64,000 bases of DNA. It comes from Epithemia pelagica. Lineage: Eukaryota; Protista; Bacillariophyta. Position numbers and translations under genes: made by a program. Positions within the stretch are counted from its first letter, which is position 1, and each line of letters opens with the position of its first letter. The DNA is taken from NCBI GenBank assembly GCA_946965045.2, contig OX337233.1, positions 558,001-622,000 on the forward strand, written 5' to 3'. Shown here one piece after another: positions 22,793-34,300 of the stretch. The notes beneath the pieces were generated by a model. It did not search any database, was not told the origin of the DNA, and saw nothing but the letters and a program-made list of their open reading frames with translations.

Positions 22793-24487
22793 ATGCATGA
22801 ACAAGCAAGATTGTCCAATCTTGTCTTTCCTGACACGAGCAAAGATGAAGTACCACAATGGAATTCTGGTTCGTGGCCGCCACTTTTGGGTGGGTGGCGC
22901 TGTTCTCATGCATCGGTTATTGTGAATGGCGAGAAAAAGGAACAACAGACAATCGTAGTCATAGGAGGAGCTACAGCCAAAGGTGCCACAAATTCGGTGT
23001 TGTTGATGGCTTTGGACAAGGACACGAAGCAATGGAGAGATGGTCCATGTCTGAATCATAATCGTGCATGTCATGCAGCAGTGGTTTGTAATGGCTCTGT
23101 GTACGCAATGGGGGGAGGCTCTAAAGAACATCGTCTGGATTCCATAGAGCGGATTGATCTCGTAGCTTTGTTGAAGTCACCATGTACTACCAACAACACG
23201 AACCCTTGGAGGACATTGACTTGTACATTGTCCACTCCAAGAGGCGGATGTCAAGCTGCTGCGGTAAACAACCGTTTTATTGTGATTGTCGGTGGATACA
23301 ATGGAAGCTTCTTGTCGTCGACAGATATTCTTGATACGGCAGTGCAAACTCAACACATTGTCACTCCAGGCCCCTCCTTGACGATTCCTCGATCTTCATG
23401 TGGAATGGCTGTTGTTGGTAATCGCATCATTGTCATTGGTGGGCACAATGAAAGTCGTGCACTTAATTCCGTCGAATATTTGGACTTTATCGATACTTCT
23501 CAAGAGACCAATGAGGATGTGGGTTTCATCTTTCCTTCATCATCGAAATGGAAAGTGCACAAGGATCTGGTCCTTTCTGTCCCTCGAACGCAACATGCTG
23601 TTGGGAAAGTCGGGAGCTGTTTGATTGTGACTGGAGGCAAAACCAAGAAAGCTTTGAAGTTGGTAGAAGTATTGGACACGAAGCGCAACGCCGTGTTCAA
23701 CATACCTGATATGACCACGAGGCGGAACGGTCCTAGTCTGGTATCATTGTCTGACATGATCGCTGTCATTGGAGGGTTTCGTCAGGATACGTGTGAGACG
23801 CTCGCACTGAGTGACACACTTGAACACACCCAGGTACGGCGTTTGTTGCAGAAAGAATTGGTTGTGATATCGCAAGGGACTGGAGAAATTATTGTTTCAA
23901 ATATTGTTGCTCTGTTCTCTTACGACACTTTGGTGCTCTTCTTTTCAAAGACATCTCAGAACATGTATTCGTGTCGCGCTGAGCTCGACATGGAACTTGA
24001 AAAACTGAAGAGTAAGATTCAACTTGCAAATAGGGATCGTATCAATGTCAAGGCGCTGCAAGAGGCAATTGAGGCGGAATCCTTGCTGTCTTTGTTGGAA
24101 GGTCTTCGAGATCAGGATGACAAGTTCCGCTCTGTACATGAGCTTCAAGAAACTATTGACGAACTGAAAGGGAAGCTGCAGAATATGGACAGTTTGGCGG
24201 GGTGTCTTCCAATTGCTCGCAAGATTGAAGAGCTACAACGTCTTGTCGACTTGAATGGCAGTTATGGAGATGGAAAGAACGTTGCTGGTCAGAAAGCAAA
24301 GGATGAGTTTGAATTTGTATCGGTGACCGGAAACGAAATCCTACCAGTGTCCGGCCGTTCTTCTGATGAAGACTCGAATGCTTGTTTTAACTTGGAAGAA
24401 CGACTCATGAAACTGGAAGACATGATGGTTCAACTCTCTGATCGGGTTGGTTTGCTTGAGAATCCAATGCTCTCGAAGAAGACCTAG
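22793..24487 (+). CDS. Kelch + coiled-coil protein K4; probable intron 23834-23950 (117 nt, stop-free)
   Basis: Continuous 564-aa ORF; intron position inferred from paralogues. Confidence 0.88.
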   Translation: MHEQARLSNLVFPDTSKDEVPQWNSGSWPPLLGGWRCSHASVIVNGEKKEQQTIVVIGGATAKGATNSVLLMALDKDTKQWRDGPCLNHNRACHAAVVCNGSVYAMGGGSKEHRLDSIERIDLVALLKSPCTTNNTNPWRTLTCTLSTPRGGCQAAAVNNRFIVIVGGYNGSFLSSTDILDTAVQTQHIVTPGPSLTIPRSSCGMAVVGNRIIVIGGHNESRALNSVEYLDFIDTSQETNEDVGFIFPSSSKWKVHKDLVLSVPRTQHAVGKVGSCLIVTGGKTKKALKLVEVLDTKRNAVFNIPDMTTRRNGPSLVSLSDMIAVIGGFRQDTCETLALSDTLEHTQVRRLLQKELVVISQGTGEIIVSNIVALFSYDTLVLFFSKTSQNMYSCRAELDMELEKLKSKIQLANRDRINVKALQEAIEAESLLSLLEGLRDQDDKFRSVHELQETIDELKGKLQNMDSLAGCLPIARKIEELQRLVDLNGSYGDGKNVAGQKAKDEFEFVSVTGNEILPVSGRSSDEDSNACFNLEERLMKLEDMMVQLSDRVGLLENPMLSKKT

Positions 24488-24919
24488 GTCCATGTGCCAT
24501 TTTGAGACGGCGAACGAGGTCCATTCTGTCACGTTTGTGATCTTTTCGCATTACGACCACATATTACGCCTTCCCAGTATAAAATGAAATGTCCAACTCT
24601 TGCGTGTTGTTTGAAATAACGACAATGATTGCTGTGTCGTATTTTCCTCAATTCCTTGAAGGTAATGAAGGTGAAACACTATATAAGGTACAGAGTCGGA
24701 ACACCTCTCGTCTCCGTGGGCGGATCTCGATCACAAGGTGGAACAAGGAACAATATATGACACAGAGCTGGAACACCTCGTCTCTCGTGGGCGAAATCGA
24801 TCAATAGGTGTGTGTTGGTGCTGGTTCTCGGTGACACTTTATAGAGAAAGAGAAAGCCAGCTGTCGTTTCCCGTGAGGCGCCGTTGGTTGGAGGATTGAC
24901 AAGAGCCAACAGAGATCGT

Positions 24920-25270
24920 TTACCACACTTTCCACCACGGACGACGATGCGGTGGGTCGTTGGTAGTATTCTGGTTGTTCGAATCGGGTTTCGTTTGTGT
25001 CATTATCGTCGGTACTTTGTCGATGTTTTCATCCTTGTCCTTGTTATCGGGACGATCCGTGGTATCGTCATCATCCTTTTGGTGGTGCTTGTCCGTGATG
25101 CTGCTGCTGCTGTTGCGGGCTTGTAGTGCTTCGCGGGTGGAAAGTGGCGTTGTCACGGTCGACGTCGTCGTCGTGTGGTTACTGCTACCATACTCTTGGT
25201 TCTTTTTCTCCTCTTTCACGGGCGAGGAAGAGGACGATAACAAGGACCCAAGAATGGAGGACAGAGTTGG
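24920..25270 (-). pseudogene. RRPWWKVW family 3' remnant P2, fused to a Kelch tail fragment
   Basis: Ends PPHRRPWWKVW* at 24920; abrupt switch to Kelch exon-2 sequence at about 25273. Confidence 0.75.
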
Positions 25271-25272
25271 TA

Positions 25273-25719
25273 AAGGCGCTGCAAGAGACAGTTGAGGCGG
25301 AATCCTTATTGCCTTTGATGGAATGGCTTCGTGATCATGACGACAAGTTCCGCTCTGTACAGGAGCTTCAAGAAACGATTGACGAACTGAAAGGGAAGTT
25401 GCAGGATATGGACAGATTAGCGGAGTGTCTTCCAATTGCTCGCAAGATTGAAGAGTTAAAAAATCTTGTCAATTTGAATGTCAGTTTTAGTGATGAAGAG
25501 ATCCTTGTTGGTCAGAAAGCGGAGATTGAGGTTGAATCCGGATCAGTCACTGGAAACGAAACACTACCAGTTTCCATCCGTGTGACAGATGATCTCTCGA
25601 ATGGTTACGCTGGTCATACGAAACTGGAAGATATGATGATGGAACAAAGGAACATGATTGTTGAACTTTCTGATCGTGTTCGTTTGCTGGAGAAGAAAAG
25701 AACTTGGTCCATTTTGTGA
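25273..25719 (+). pseudogene. Kelch-gene exon-2 (coiled-coil tail) fragment K5
   Basis: KALQE...LLEKKRTWSIL, closest to the K10 tail; no Kelch exon upstream. Confidence 0.8.
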
Positions 25720-26405
25720 CGGAGAACTAGTTGTCTTGGTCCATTTTGTGATGTTCGATGTATGGGCATAAAACAATCACAAATTAATTTATGTCAAATT
25801 TCTACTTGTTTGATGCGGTTGGGCCCAAATGCCAAGTCGTCACTTTCGTGTAGAGCCGGATTCCATTAGGTGAAAATCAGACCCTTGTAAGGAGTGATTC
25901 TTTTGAGTCATCGATCGTTTCTTCTTTTGCTTTTGCAGCTACGAGTGAAATTCATTCCTGCACAGCTTCTTGTCGAGGCACAGTGCCACAACAGTCAGCC
26001 AAACGTGTGCACTTAAGCCCATTGACTATCCCCCATCACAAACATATAGCGACAACCACTCATTCTATCTCTATTATGTCATCCAGCATGTCTACGAATA
26101 TAACCAAGATCTTGTGTTGCGTGGATCTAATGAAAAGATCCTTCAAATGTGGTGCTATGGTGATTCAATGACCACTCTTTATTACCCGTCGCCAATGCAA
26201 GACGACTGTATTCTTGTCTTAACTACATCCATTCCCTCCTTTGTTGTAGTAGTGTGGTAGTTAAATACATTGAAGAGTACCACGGGTCCACCGTTTCTCA
26301 TACCAAACGACATGTACAGACTCGTTGATGGAAAACATACTACTGATGAATGTGAACCCATCAAGGAAAATCCTGCCAGAATGTTTCGTATTCAAAATTA
26401 TTTCT

Positions 26406-27374
26406 CTACCTGTGTGGTGGATGAAACAGAGTGGTCATTTTCATGGGGCGCTGTGGAATCACCGCCACTCGACACAAACAGAGAACAAAGCGGACGATCC
26501 AATGGTGATGGTAGTTCGTGTGGTCCGTGTTGTTGCCTTTTTGAAACCGAAAATCGGTGTCGTCAAAGTCCCAATGCCCGATGGACTGCAACAAGCTGTC
26601 GTCCGTCGGTGCGAGACTCCGTCTTCCACCGACAGCATAGAGATGCGACCCCACAACGGCGAGTCCTAATTGATGCCGACGTACGGTAAGGGGTGGACCT
26701 TGCAACACCCTCCCGTGAACAATATCTAGAATTTCCACGGACGACACGAGTCCTCCCGATTTCTGACGTCCCCCCACGACCACCATATATCGATCGTGCA
26801 CCGTGGTCGCAGCGCATCCGTACCGGGCCTCCATCAAGCGACACTGCATCGTTTCCCAGGTGGTCGTCTTGTTGCTTGGGACGTATTTGTTTGGATCTGA
26901 TGAAAGCGTAGTAGTTATTGTTGTTGTTGCCCATAGCATCAAGTCGGCAATGGAAATGCGTTCAATGGTATCCCATGTGATAAATCCAAGAGAAATGCCT
27001 CCCAGAGCGTAGACGTGACCACGACAGACGACGGCCGCCAGTTCTCGTCTTGCGACAGTCATGTTGGGTCCCTGTTTCCATTCGTGTCGAGTACTAGTCT
27101 TCCAACAAGGCAACAGTATGACCGTATTGGTGGCATAGTCATTGGCGTGTTTGCCGCCCATGAGCACCACCAGCTGGTCGTGTTGAGGATTGTACGGCGC
27201 CTGAACAACAACCGATACATGGCCATAGCGCCGTCCACCTGCCAGGGGAGGCCATTGATTGGGATCAGTCTGCCATTGCGCTTGTGATTGTTGTTGTTGT
27301 GATGATGAAGATGAGCCCAGAAAGGCAAGGCCCGACAATTCCGCTTGCTGGTGATGATAATTCTCCTCATTCAT
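26406..27374 (-). CDS. Type-B Kelch protein KB1 (4 blades; about 400-bp deletion of blades 5-6 versus KB2)
   Basis: QQAELSGLAF...QW...WPPLAGGRRYGHVSVVV is homologous to the type-A N-terminus; blades VLMGG, YALGG, VVGG, YAVGG. May be a pseudogene. Confidence 0.65.
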   Translation of the reverse strand: MNEENYHHQQAELSGLAFLGSSSSSQQQQSQAQWQTDPNQWPPLAGGRRYGHVSVVVQAPYNPQHDQLVVLMGGKHANDYATNTVILLPCWKTSTRHEWKQGPNMTVARRELAAVVCRGHVYALGGISLGFITWDTIERISIADLMLWATTTITTTLSSDPNKYVPSNKTTTWETMQCRLMEARYGCAATTVHDRYMVVVGGRQKSGGLVSSVEILDIVHGRVLQGPPLTVRRHQLGLAVVGSHLYAVGGRRSLAPTDDSLLQSIGHWDFDDTDFRFQKGNNTDHTNYHHHWIVRFVLCLCRVAVIPQRPMKMTTLFHPPHR

Positions 27375-27689
27375 GGCATGATATCCTTTGAAGCGTCCTG
27401 TGCTGGCCATTGGGATCGCTGTGGGAGGCCAATTCCCAGAAACTATTCCTTCCAAAATGTGGCGGTGTCTCGCTCCACGATTCGAAAAGTATAAGGCGTG
27501 ACTGTTTTCTGTTCACCTCGTCCGGCGTTCTGCACAGCTCAATATGCTGTGTTCGCAGTGCCAGACGGCGCCATGCACGCCGGGCATGGCGTATGATCAC
27601 TCGCAGGTCAACGGCTGTACGCGTGCCGAGATGTTGCAGGCCATCACTGTGACGTGACGAATTGCGACCGGCACCGAACCGAGAGCGTA

Positions 27690-27710
27690 CACTGCAAGTC
27701 ATTTCTAGAC
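27690..27710 (+). repeat. Left TIR
   Basis: cactgcaagtcatttctagac; first 16 nt perfect with the right end, 19/21 overall. Confidence 0.93.
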
Positions 27711-27968
27711 TGAGTAACTATTCTGTTAACCGAATATTAATTAATCGATCCAGCCCTAACCGATTAAGGCGAACGACACTTCCCTCCATTTTTATCCAGT
27801 TACAACGACCGAACATTTCCAATTCGATTTATTGCTAACCGAATACCAAATAAACAAAATTTCAAACCGAATAATTTATAAATCGGTCGATACTAACTGC
27901 TTGAAAGTTAAGTCCGTTCACATCTAACCGTTTAATCGTCTTCGTTATATTTTTATCCTTTTGTGGTT

Positions 27969-29288
27969 TTATTTTCTCTCGTCACATCGTCGACGTTTAC
28001 CATCGTCAGAAGCATCAGCAACACTACTTTCCTTTTTATCATTTTTCTCGGCATTCTCTTTTTCCGCATCATTGTTAAGATGTAGTCGTCGCTTGAGTGG
28101 TTTTTCACTGATCGATCCACCAACAGGGATAGAACGCACTCCCGATGACGAACTCGCATGTTTTCCGAAAAGGGAATTGAGATACAACAAGTCTTCATGT
28201 TTCTCAAAACTCAGAATCCCTCCATGGCAGGACATAACAAGACTCTGACGAGATACAACCGAATTAGCCACTGTATGGATATATTGAATGCATTCATTCG
28301 GAAAATAATACCCAACCTTCAACGACACTTCTCGTTGAGTAGAAGTAGTTGATAGACCGCCCAGTTTGTTCAATTCCTTGTCCATTTTTTTTTGTAGATT
28401 GTATAATCCAATCCAAATACTACGATGTAGACATCGTCTTGGAACCACAAGATTCGATGGATGGTCATACCCAGGATGTGTATTTGGGAAACCCATAGTA
28501 ACCGTAGGTGGGAGTTCCTCGAGGCGATGTCTTGTAGGCTTCACATAAGAATTGATCGTGTTATGCCAAAATCTGACGACATACACGTTGCACATTCCTT
28601 CTGCCCATGCATTACCACTTCTCTCCAACTCACGTAGAGTAAAAACAAAAACCCGAAATAGCAACTTTACTTTGTAGTCTGGTTTTTCCCCATCAATCCA
28701 CAGAACTTCTCTTGATTCGTAAACTTCATCGTTCTTAGATCCACACCCGTTCTGTATCTTGTTGCGCGTGTGTGATGGAAGATTTGGATACCACTTCAAG
28801 CGATTACTGCGAAACAATGGAAGAAACAGCCGGATTCTGATAGTGGTTTTTTCTGAATCTGGATCATCATCTTCATCTTTCACCCGTTCCTCCAACCGCG
28901 CGATAGTTATTTCCTTCGAATCCTCGTCGTCCTCTCGCAATTGAATGGCCATAAACGAGCCAATCCGGATATTATCCATTAATGTCCAATCGAAATACGG
29001 GACGTCGTTCACATAAACGGTATTTCCATACCCTGGCGACGAAGACGAAGACGAAGACGAAGACGACGAGGACGACACAGACATATTTTTGGATTTCTGC
29101 TCACCACACAGTTTTACACCTACACATCCTTTATATATACCATGTGTGTGGTCCTCTCTCTCTATAACCCGCGTTCTCATGCTCATCCGGCGTGCATATA
29201 TCGTTAGTCTGCAATATTGTATGATATTCCAAACCACTGACATCCAATGATTGTTTTGATTTTGTCTATGTATTTTACTAACAGACAT
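27969..29288 (-). CDS. BAH (bromo-adjacent homology) domain protein, transposon cargo
   Basis: IRIGSFMAI / ITIARLEE / IRIRLFL / DEVYESREVLWID / RVFVFT..E / NVYVVRFWHN follow the order and spacing of BAH strands. True start uncertain (29288 or a downstream ATG). Confidence 0.72.
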   Translation of the reverse strand: MSVSKIHRQNQNNHWMSVVWNIIQYCRLTIYARRMSMRTRVIEREDHTHGIYKGCVGVKLCGEQKSKNMSVSSSSSSSSSSSSSPGYGNTVYVNDVPYFDWTLMDNIRIGSFMAIQLREDDEDSKEITIARLEERVKDEDDDPDSEKTTIRIRLFLPLFRSNRLKWYPNLPSHTRNKIQNGCGSKNDEVYESREVLWIDGEKPDYKVKLLFRVFVFTLRELERSGNAWAEGMCNVYVVRFWHNTINSYVKPTRHRLEELPPTVTMGFPNTHPGYDHPSNLVVPRRCLHRSIWIGLYNLQKKMDKELNKLGGLSTTSTQREVSLKVGYYFPNECIQYIHTVANSVVSRQSLVMSCHGGILSFEKHEDLLYLNSLFGKHASSSSGVRSIPVGGSISEKPLKRRLHLNNDAEKENAEKNDKKESSVADASDDGKRRRCDERK

Positions 29289-29877
29289 GCGTATGGTCTA
29301 AGTTGACTCATACGCCTGACAACACATGTCCTAAGAAACACAATAATACTTATATATCGTTTCAAACCATGGGGTTATATATATATCAATATTCAACTCT
29401 TTCAATGACCCTTATGTAATTTTACACCATACACCCATATTCCCCTATACGATAGGCCAGTTATGCAATATTTGTATAATATTCATATTCATACTCCTTC
29501 GTTTGAAACGATTTTACGTAGAGCAGTTTTCATGCTCCCACTCAAATCAAATAACACAACTTCTAGGTAGTAAGACGAATATTGTTAAATTAAATCAGTA
29601 TAACAAATATTACAAAAGAAGTCATTCACGGTTTTGAACTCATTTGGTCTTGCAACAACAATCAAAAGTAAGCCGACCCTTCTTTCCTTTCGTGCATATT
29701 TCGCCTCACTTTTTTCAAGGACCTCGTCTCGTCTCTCTCATCTCTCTCTCGTTTCCTTTTTTTCACATGCTTATTTTTAAGATCACATTCTGTATCGTTT
29801 GTTTCAAGTTATATCCTTTTCTTCTACTAAACAGTCGTTGAAGCATTCCATTCAACAGTCATACAACAGTCCATCTA

Positions 29878-31323
29878 ATGGCGGACGATTTTGCAAATAA
29901 CTGGGGTGCGTCGTATGTTCTACCCGATTTACGCCGGCAGTCAACGAAACGTAAAGCAGTTGATTCGTATATATCATCCGACAAGAGATCAGAGATCGAA
30001 CTTCGTGCGATTATCAAGAACACTACACATGGATATTTCAATTTAGAGAAACTTACTCCCAATGGATCGGACGCCAATTTGTTCGCTATTACAAGCTTAT
30101 GCAATGGGGACACTCATGGTGTCCTCATTGGCTGTGGAAGTTATGTCGCTGGAGATTTGGGTCCTTTACAACCCTGGTCTACCGCCGACTTCCGCGTCAA
30201 TGAAGGCCCATCTTACATTCATGAACCCACAAGCAATGATATCTCTGTCTCAGCACGGTCGAGGACCATCGCCCTACCCTACTGCATTGAAGGTGTCATG
30301 GGAGAACGAGGACAAATTTCCTACGAGGATTTATGTCTCCAAGGTCTTCACAAGAGATGTATTTACCAAGAAGCAATCGGCCAGCGCGTGACTGTTCTTT
30401 TCCTCGAGCTACTGTTGGCCTCGAATGGTTGCACATTGAGCAATCGATTTCTAAAAAGAGTCGGTCTGTTGTCGAAGCATCATGATTTCCATATCATCGT
30501 TGATGAAATACTCACCGGTGCTCGAATGGACACAATGCTTTTAACAATGAATGGACCAAAGGAATTTATTGACCGCGTGGCTTTCGTCACACTCGGTAAA
30601 TGGTGTAAATGCGGTGTGGTTTTGTCTGGATATCACTATGACTCACATCTACAATCGTCTAAAAACCGGATGGACCCACGTGGAGTAACAACAGGTCTCA
30701 ATTGCTCTAATCCCTTGCCTTATTTTCGCAAAGTCCAGGAACTTCTTCCAACAATTCCAGATCGACGAACAAGATGCATCTCTAAGTTTACGTCCATGAG
30801 CTCCCATGAAACCTGGGGCATTGGTCTTATCATCTTCATCCCTCGCTGTTGCCTCGGTACCAGAGCTGGAACGAAAAACAGGTTGCTACCATTACTGAAT
30901 AACACGCCGCCAGATAACATCAAGTCGATACCGGAACCAACATGGAGCAGAGCTAGTGTAAGTCGCCGCACTCTTTCTTGTGTACTAAAATGGACAAATC
31001 AAGTCTCGTTCATTTCAAGTAACTTCTCTCTGGATTCAAAGATACTGTGTCTTTATCACATGATTTGCTTTCTTGTTGAGCACCATGTACCTGGTGGTTG
31101 GATCACATCGTCTGAATTACACGAGCAAGTGACAAAGGCAAGTGACGAACATGAACAAGAAAGTCTACGATTCACAACCTCTATCCTCCGTGCTATCGAG
31201 AGATGTGGGTATCTCAGGAAACAAATGAAAACCCACCGTCGACTACATGGATGGTCCATTATATCTGACCGTCTCAACTATCCATGGCAAGTTACTCCCA
31301 TTGAACATTCCCCGAACGAATGA
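29878..31323 (+). CDS. Class-III PLP-dependent aminotransferase-fold protein with putative C-terminal winged helix, transposon cargo
   Basis: NGSDANLFAI, VLFLELLLASNG, HIIVDEILTGAR, VTLGK (putative PLP Lys at 30598-30600), TWGIGLII; tail ITSSELHEQV...ILRAIERCGYLRK...GWSI. Confidence 0.75.
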   Translation: MADDFANNWGASYVLPDLRRQSTKRKAVDSYISSDKRSEIELRAIIKNTTHGYFNLEKLTPNGSDANLFAITSLCNGDTHGVLIGCGSYVAGDLGPLQPWSTADFRVNEGPSYIHEPTSNDISVSARSRTIALPYCIEGVMGERGQISYEDLCLQGLHKRCIYQEAIGQRVTVLFLELLLASNGCTLSNRFLKRVGLLSKHHDFHIIVDEILTGARMDTMLLTMNGPKEFIDRVAFVTLGKWCKCGVVLSGYHYDSHLQSSKNRMDPRGVTTGLNCSNPLPYFRKVQELLPTIPDRRTRCISKFTSMSSHETWGIGLIIFIPRCCLGTRAGTKNRLLPLLNNTPPDNIKSIPEPTWSRASVSRRTLSCVLKWTNQVSFISSNFSLDSKILCLYHMICFLVEHHVPGGWITSSELHEQVTKASDEHEQESLRFTTSILRAIERCGYLRKQMKTHRRLHGWSIISDRLNYPWQVTPIEHSPNE

Positions 31324-31385
31324 TTCTCGCAACGTCTCCATACGAAGTATATATATCTATAGTAATATATAAAAGCCAATATAGT

Positions 31386-34300
31386 TCAACTATAGTCCAC
31401 ATTATTCGTGATAGCTTCGATGGGGACCAGTCGATATGATCCATCATTCCACCTTTCTCTCCATAGATTCCCAACGGTGTAGTATGAGTTAATAAAATTC
31501 CCAGTCGTTGACGATGTCAGTGGTATAAGGAGCAATACTTCTTGCACAAAATCCTTCTTCATCTCAGCAACAGACTGGAATAGACGTGTTTCGCTTGTCC
31601 CCAACACCGGTGCCACCCAACACATTGTTTGTGTCCATTCTCCTATTTCATCTTGGAAGCGTAATCGGCACAATTTTACCAGGCGCCTGGTATTACCAGT
31701 TTCTTCACCAATGGGTCTATATGCTATGTAAGCATTGTTATCACGGCCAAGTACACCACAAAGAATACCATTCTCGGATAAATGGTCCTCCATTTCGGAA
31801 CGGCTTTTGAAGATCCTTATCATCGAATCACTTTCCCTATTCATTCGAGACTTCTCCTTTGATGCATCTGCTTGGTTCAGCATCCACTGTAGTGTGTCGT
31901 ATTGGTATAGTTTTCGCATTGTTATGGTGGTCCAATCAGCTGTGCTCCTCTTAATGGATAACAATGGTTTGACTTGTTGAATCTTTCTCTCGCCCTCCCA
32001 CCCCCCTTCCCAGTGTAGTATTGCTGGACCCATCTCGGAATGAGCTGTAGCGCACGATAGGATACCCAAAGAATTGGACTTGGTAAAATTGGGATTTTTC
32101 TTCTGTCGATCAGACTCGAAGAGAATGAGATCTACCTCCGCCATATGATCCATATACAAGTGGATATAATCTTCCAAGTTACCGATGGTCTTGCAATTTG
32201 TCATTATCCGTCCCAAGCACATGGCCATGCTGGTTATAAAGCGGCTAAGTGAGCGCCATTCGTCCTTGTACCCTGGAGTGCGGAACCATCGACTGTCACA
32301 TATACTTGGAAGCGACATCAGAAACCTCCAAATTCTTGCACCGAGTAAATAATTCTCGGACACCCAAACTCCAGTACCCCAAGAGGACGTGGATAGTGGC
32401 TGCGCACAAAAGAACTTCGTCGCCCGCAGCGACCTGATGCCCTCCAGCACTTTGTTCACTTGCTTACCAAAAGGAGCAAGACGATTGTATTTCCCAAGCC
32501 ATTTCGACACCATCTCCAAATTACTTTTCGCGTGGCCCAAAAAGAGCATGTGCATTGGAGCGAAATGGCATTTGGCCAGTGCTCCAATCTCCTTCCAACT
32601 TGTTGGGAAGCATATATCTCCTTCGGAAGTCGTGCATTGTTGGTATATTGACTCTATCATGCGGTTTGTAAGTGCGCAAGTCTTTAAGAACGCATTGAAA
32701 TTTCCTTTCGTCCAGAATTTTTTCCTCGAACCATCGCTCTGTATTGTCTGATGGGTCACGTTGTGACATGCGAACAGAACAGCTTGTTTGAGCCAACTAA
32801 CCGTAAGCTTAACGGATCGAAGAAGGATTCTTTTGGTCGGTTTCTTTCTTGACTTCTTCCGACGTTTCTTTCGAACCTGGCCAACGACGTCATTGCTGCT
32901 ATCCACCACGGTAACAACATCATCGGTCACCTCGGAAGAAGGATCTGTCTCGCTCACTGGTATGTCCTCGATACGGTGCCACAAATCGCGGAGAATTGGG
33001 GGCTTAGGAGCATTTGGCGATTGATCATAGACCTGCGGGTAATCGGCTGGTGCTACGAAAACGAAGTTCGGGTCTTCGATTCTCCAGTCAGAGCATGACT
33101 CGCATATATCACGAGCCGTGTTATCAACTTGGAATCCACATTGCAGACGCTGGAGTCGTCTTTTCTTACACTCTGTACACGATGGTAAATGGTTTATTTG
33201 GCAAGTACCATCTACATTGGTAGCATACCCCCAAAAAGCCGAATACGAACCATTGTGGTCTCCGATACGGAATATAGTTGTCCGTTCAGGTCGATCGACA
33301 GAGATCAACAGCTTCCCCACCATAACATGGATAACTTTTTTCAATCCTCCATGATATAGTCGGAGACCTGTCGACGATAATGTATCCAATTCTTCGATCA
33401 TTATCTCTTCAATCTTGTTGTGGTCTTCTCCTTTACTCGATAGACCAATGTAGTAAGTTGTTGATCCACGCACATTCGTTGATTGATGAGGAGGACATAG
33501 TGTATACGTATTACACCAAACTTGATTCCGCGATGATTTCGTGTTGTTTGGATCGAAATCATCGCGCCATTCGCGAAGCCATAGATACAATGTAAATTGA
33601 TCTGAACCGTTACCACTTCTTTTTTGTTCTTCTTTCATGGAGAACAACAGTGACTTGGCACATTGTGTGCTAGAAACACTCGGAACAGCGTTGTCTGGAG
33701 CAATTTGCAATTTTGCCATGAAATCAAAATCATCGTACTCGGTAGCTTTACCTATCTCGTTGGCCAATAAATCGTACAGAGAAACATATGAGTGACTGCC
33801 ATCCGGCGTCGTTTTGGGAATTGGGTGTGGCAGATTGGGAAGAATCGCATTCTTTCCTGTTAAAAAGAACCGATCAAAATCTTCATTTGTTGATGGAAGT
33901 CTGATGTTTTGGAAAATGGATAACTGGCTATGGCCACTATTTCCTGCAGTGGTCAAAATTTCAGCAAATATCTTCTTCTGTTGTTCTGTTAGTTGTACCA
34001 ACAGAGACGAAATCTTTAGACAAAATATTGATTCCTCTGTAGAAACTTGTGCGGAACTCAGACCAAAAGCATTGGCAGTCAACCAGCGTATACCACTGCC
34101 TTTCTCTTTTGCTTCTTGAATGAGATACTTTGGCGTAGTCGATTTTCGGTCAAACCCCATTTGGAATAGTTCCATTTCAGTCGGAATTTGGTCTGTTGCA
34201 TCCAGTATCGGTTGTGGAGATGAAATTTGACTCATTTGGTCGGAATCAAAACAGTCTAAGCCATTTTGGTCATCAACAGGCGGTGAAGATTGATGAATAG

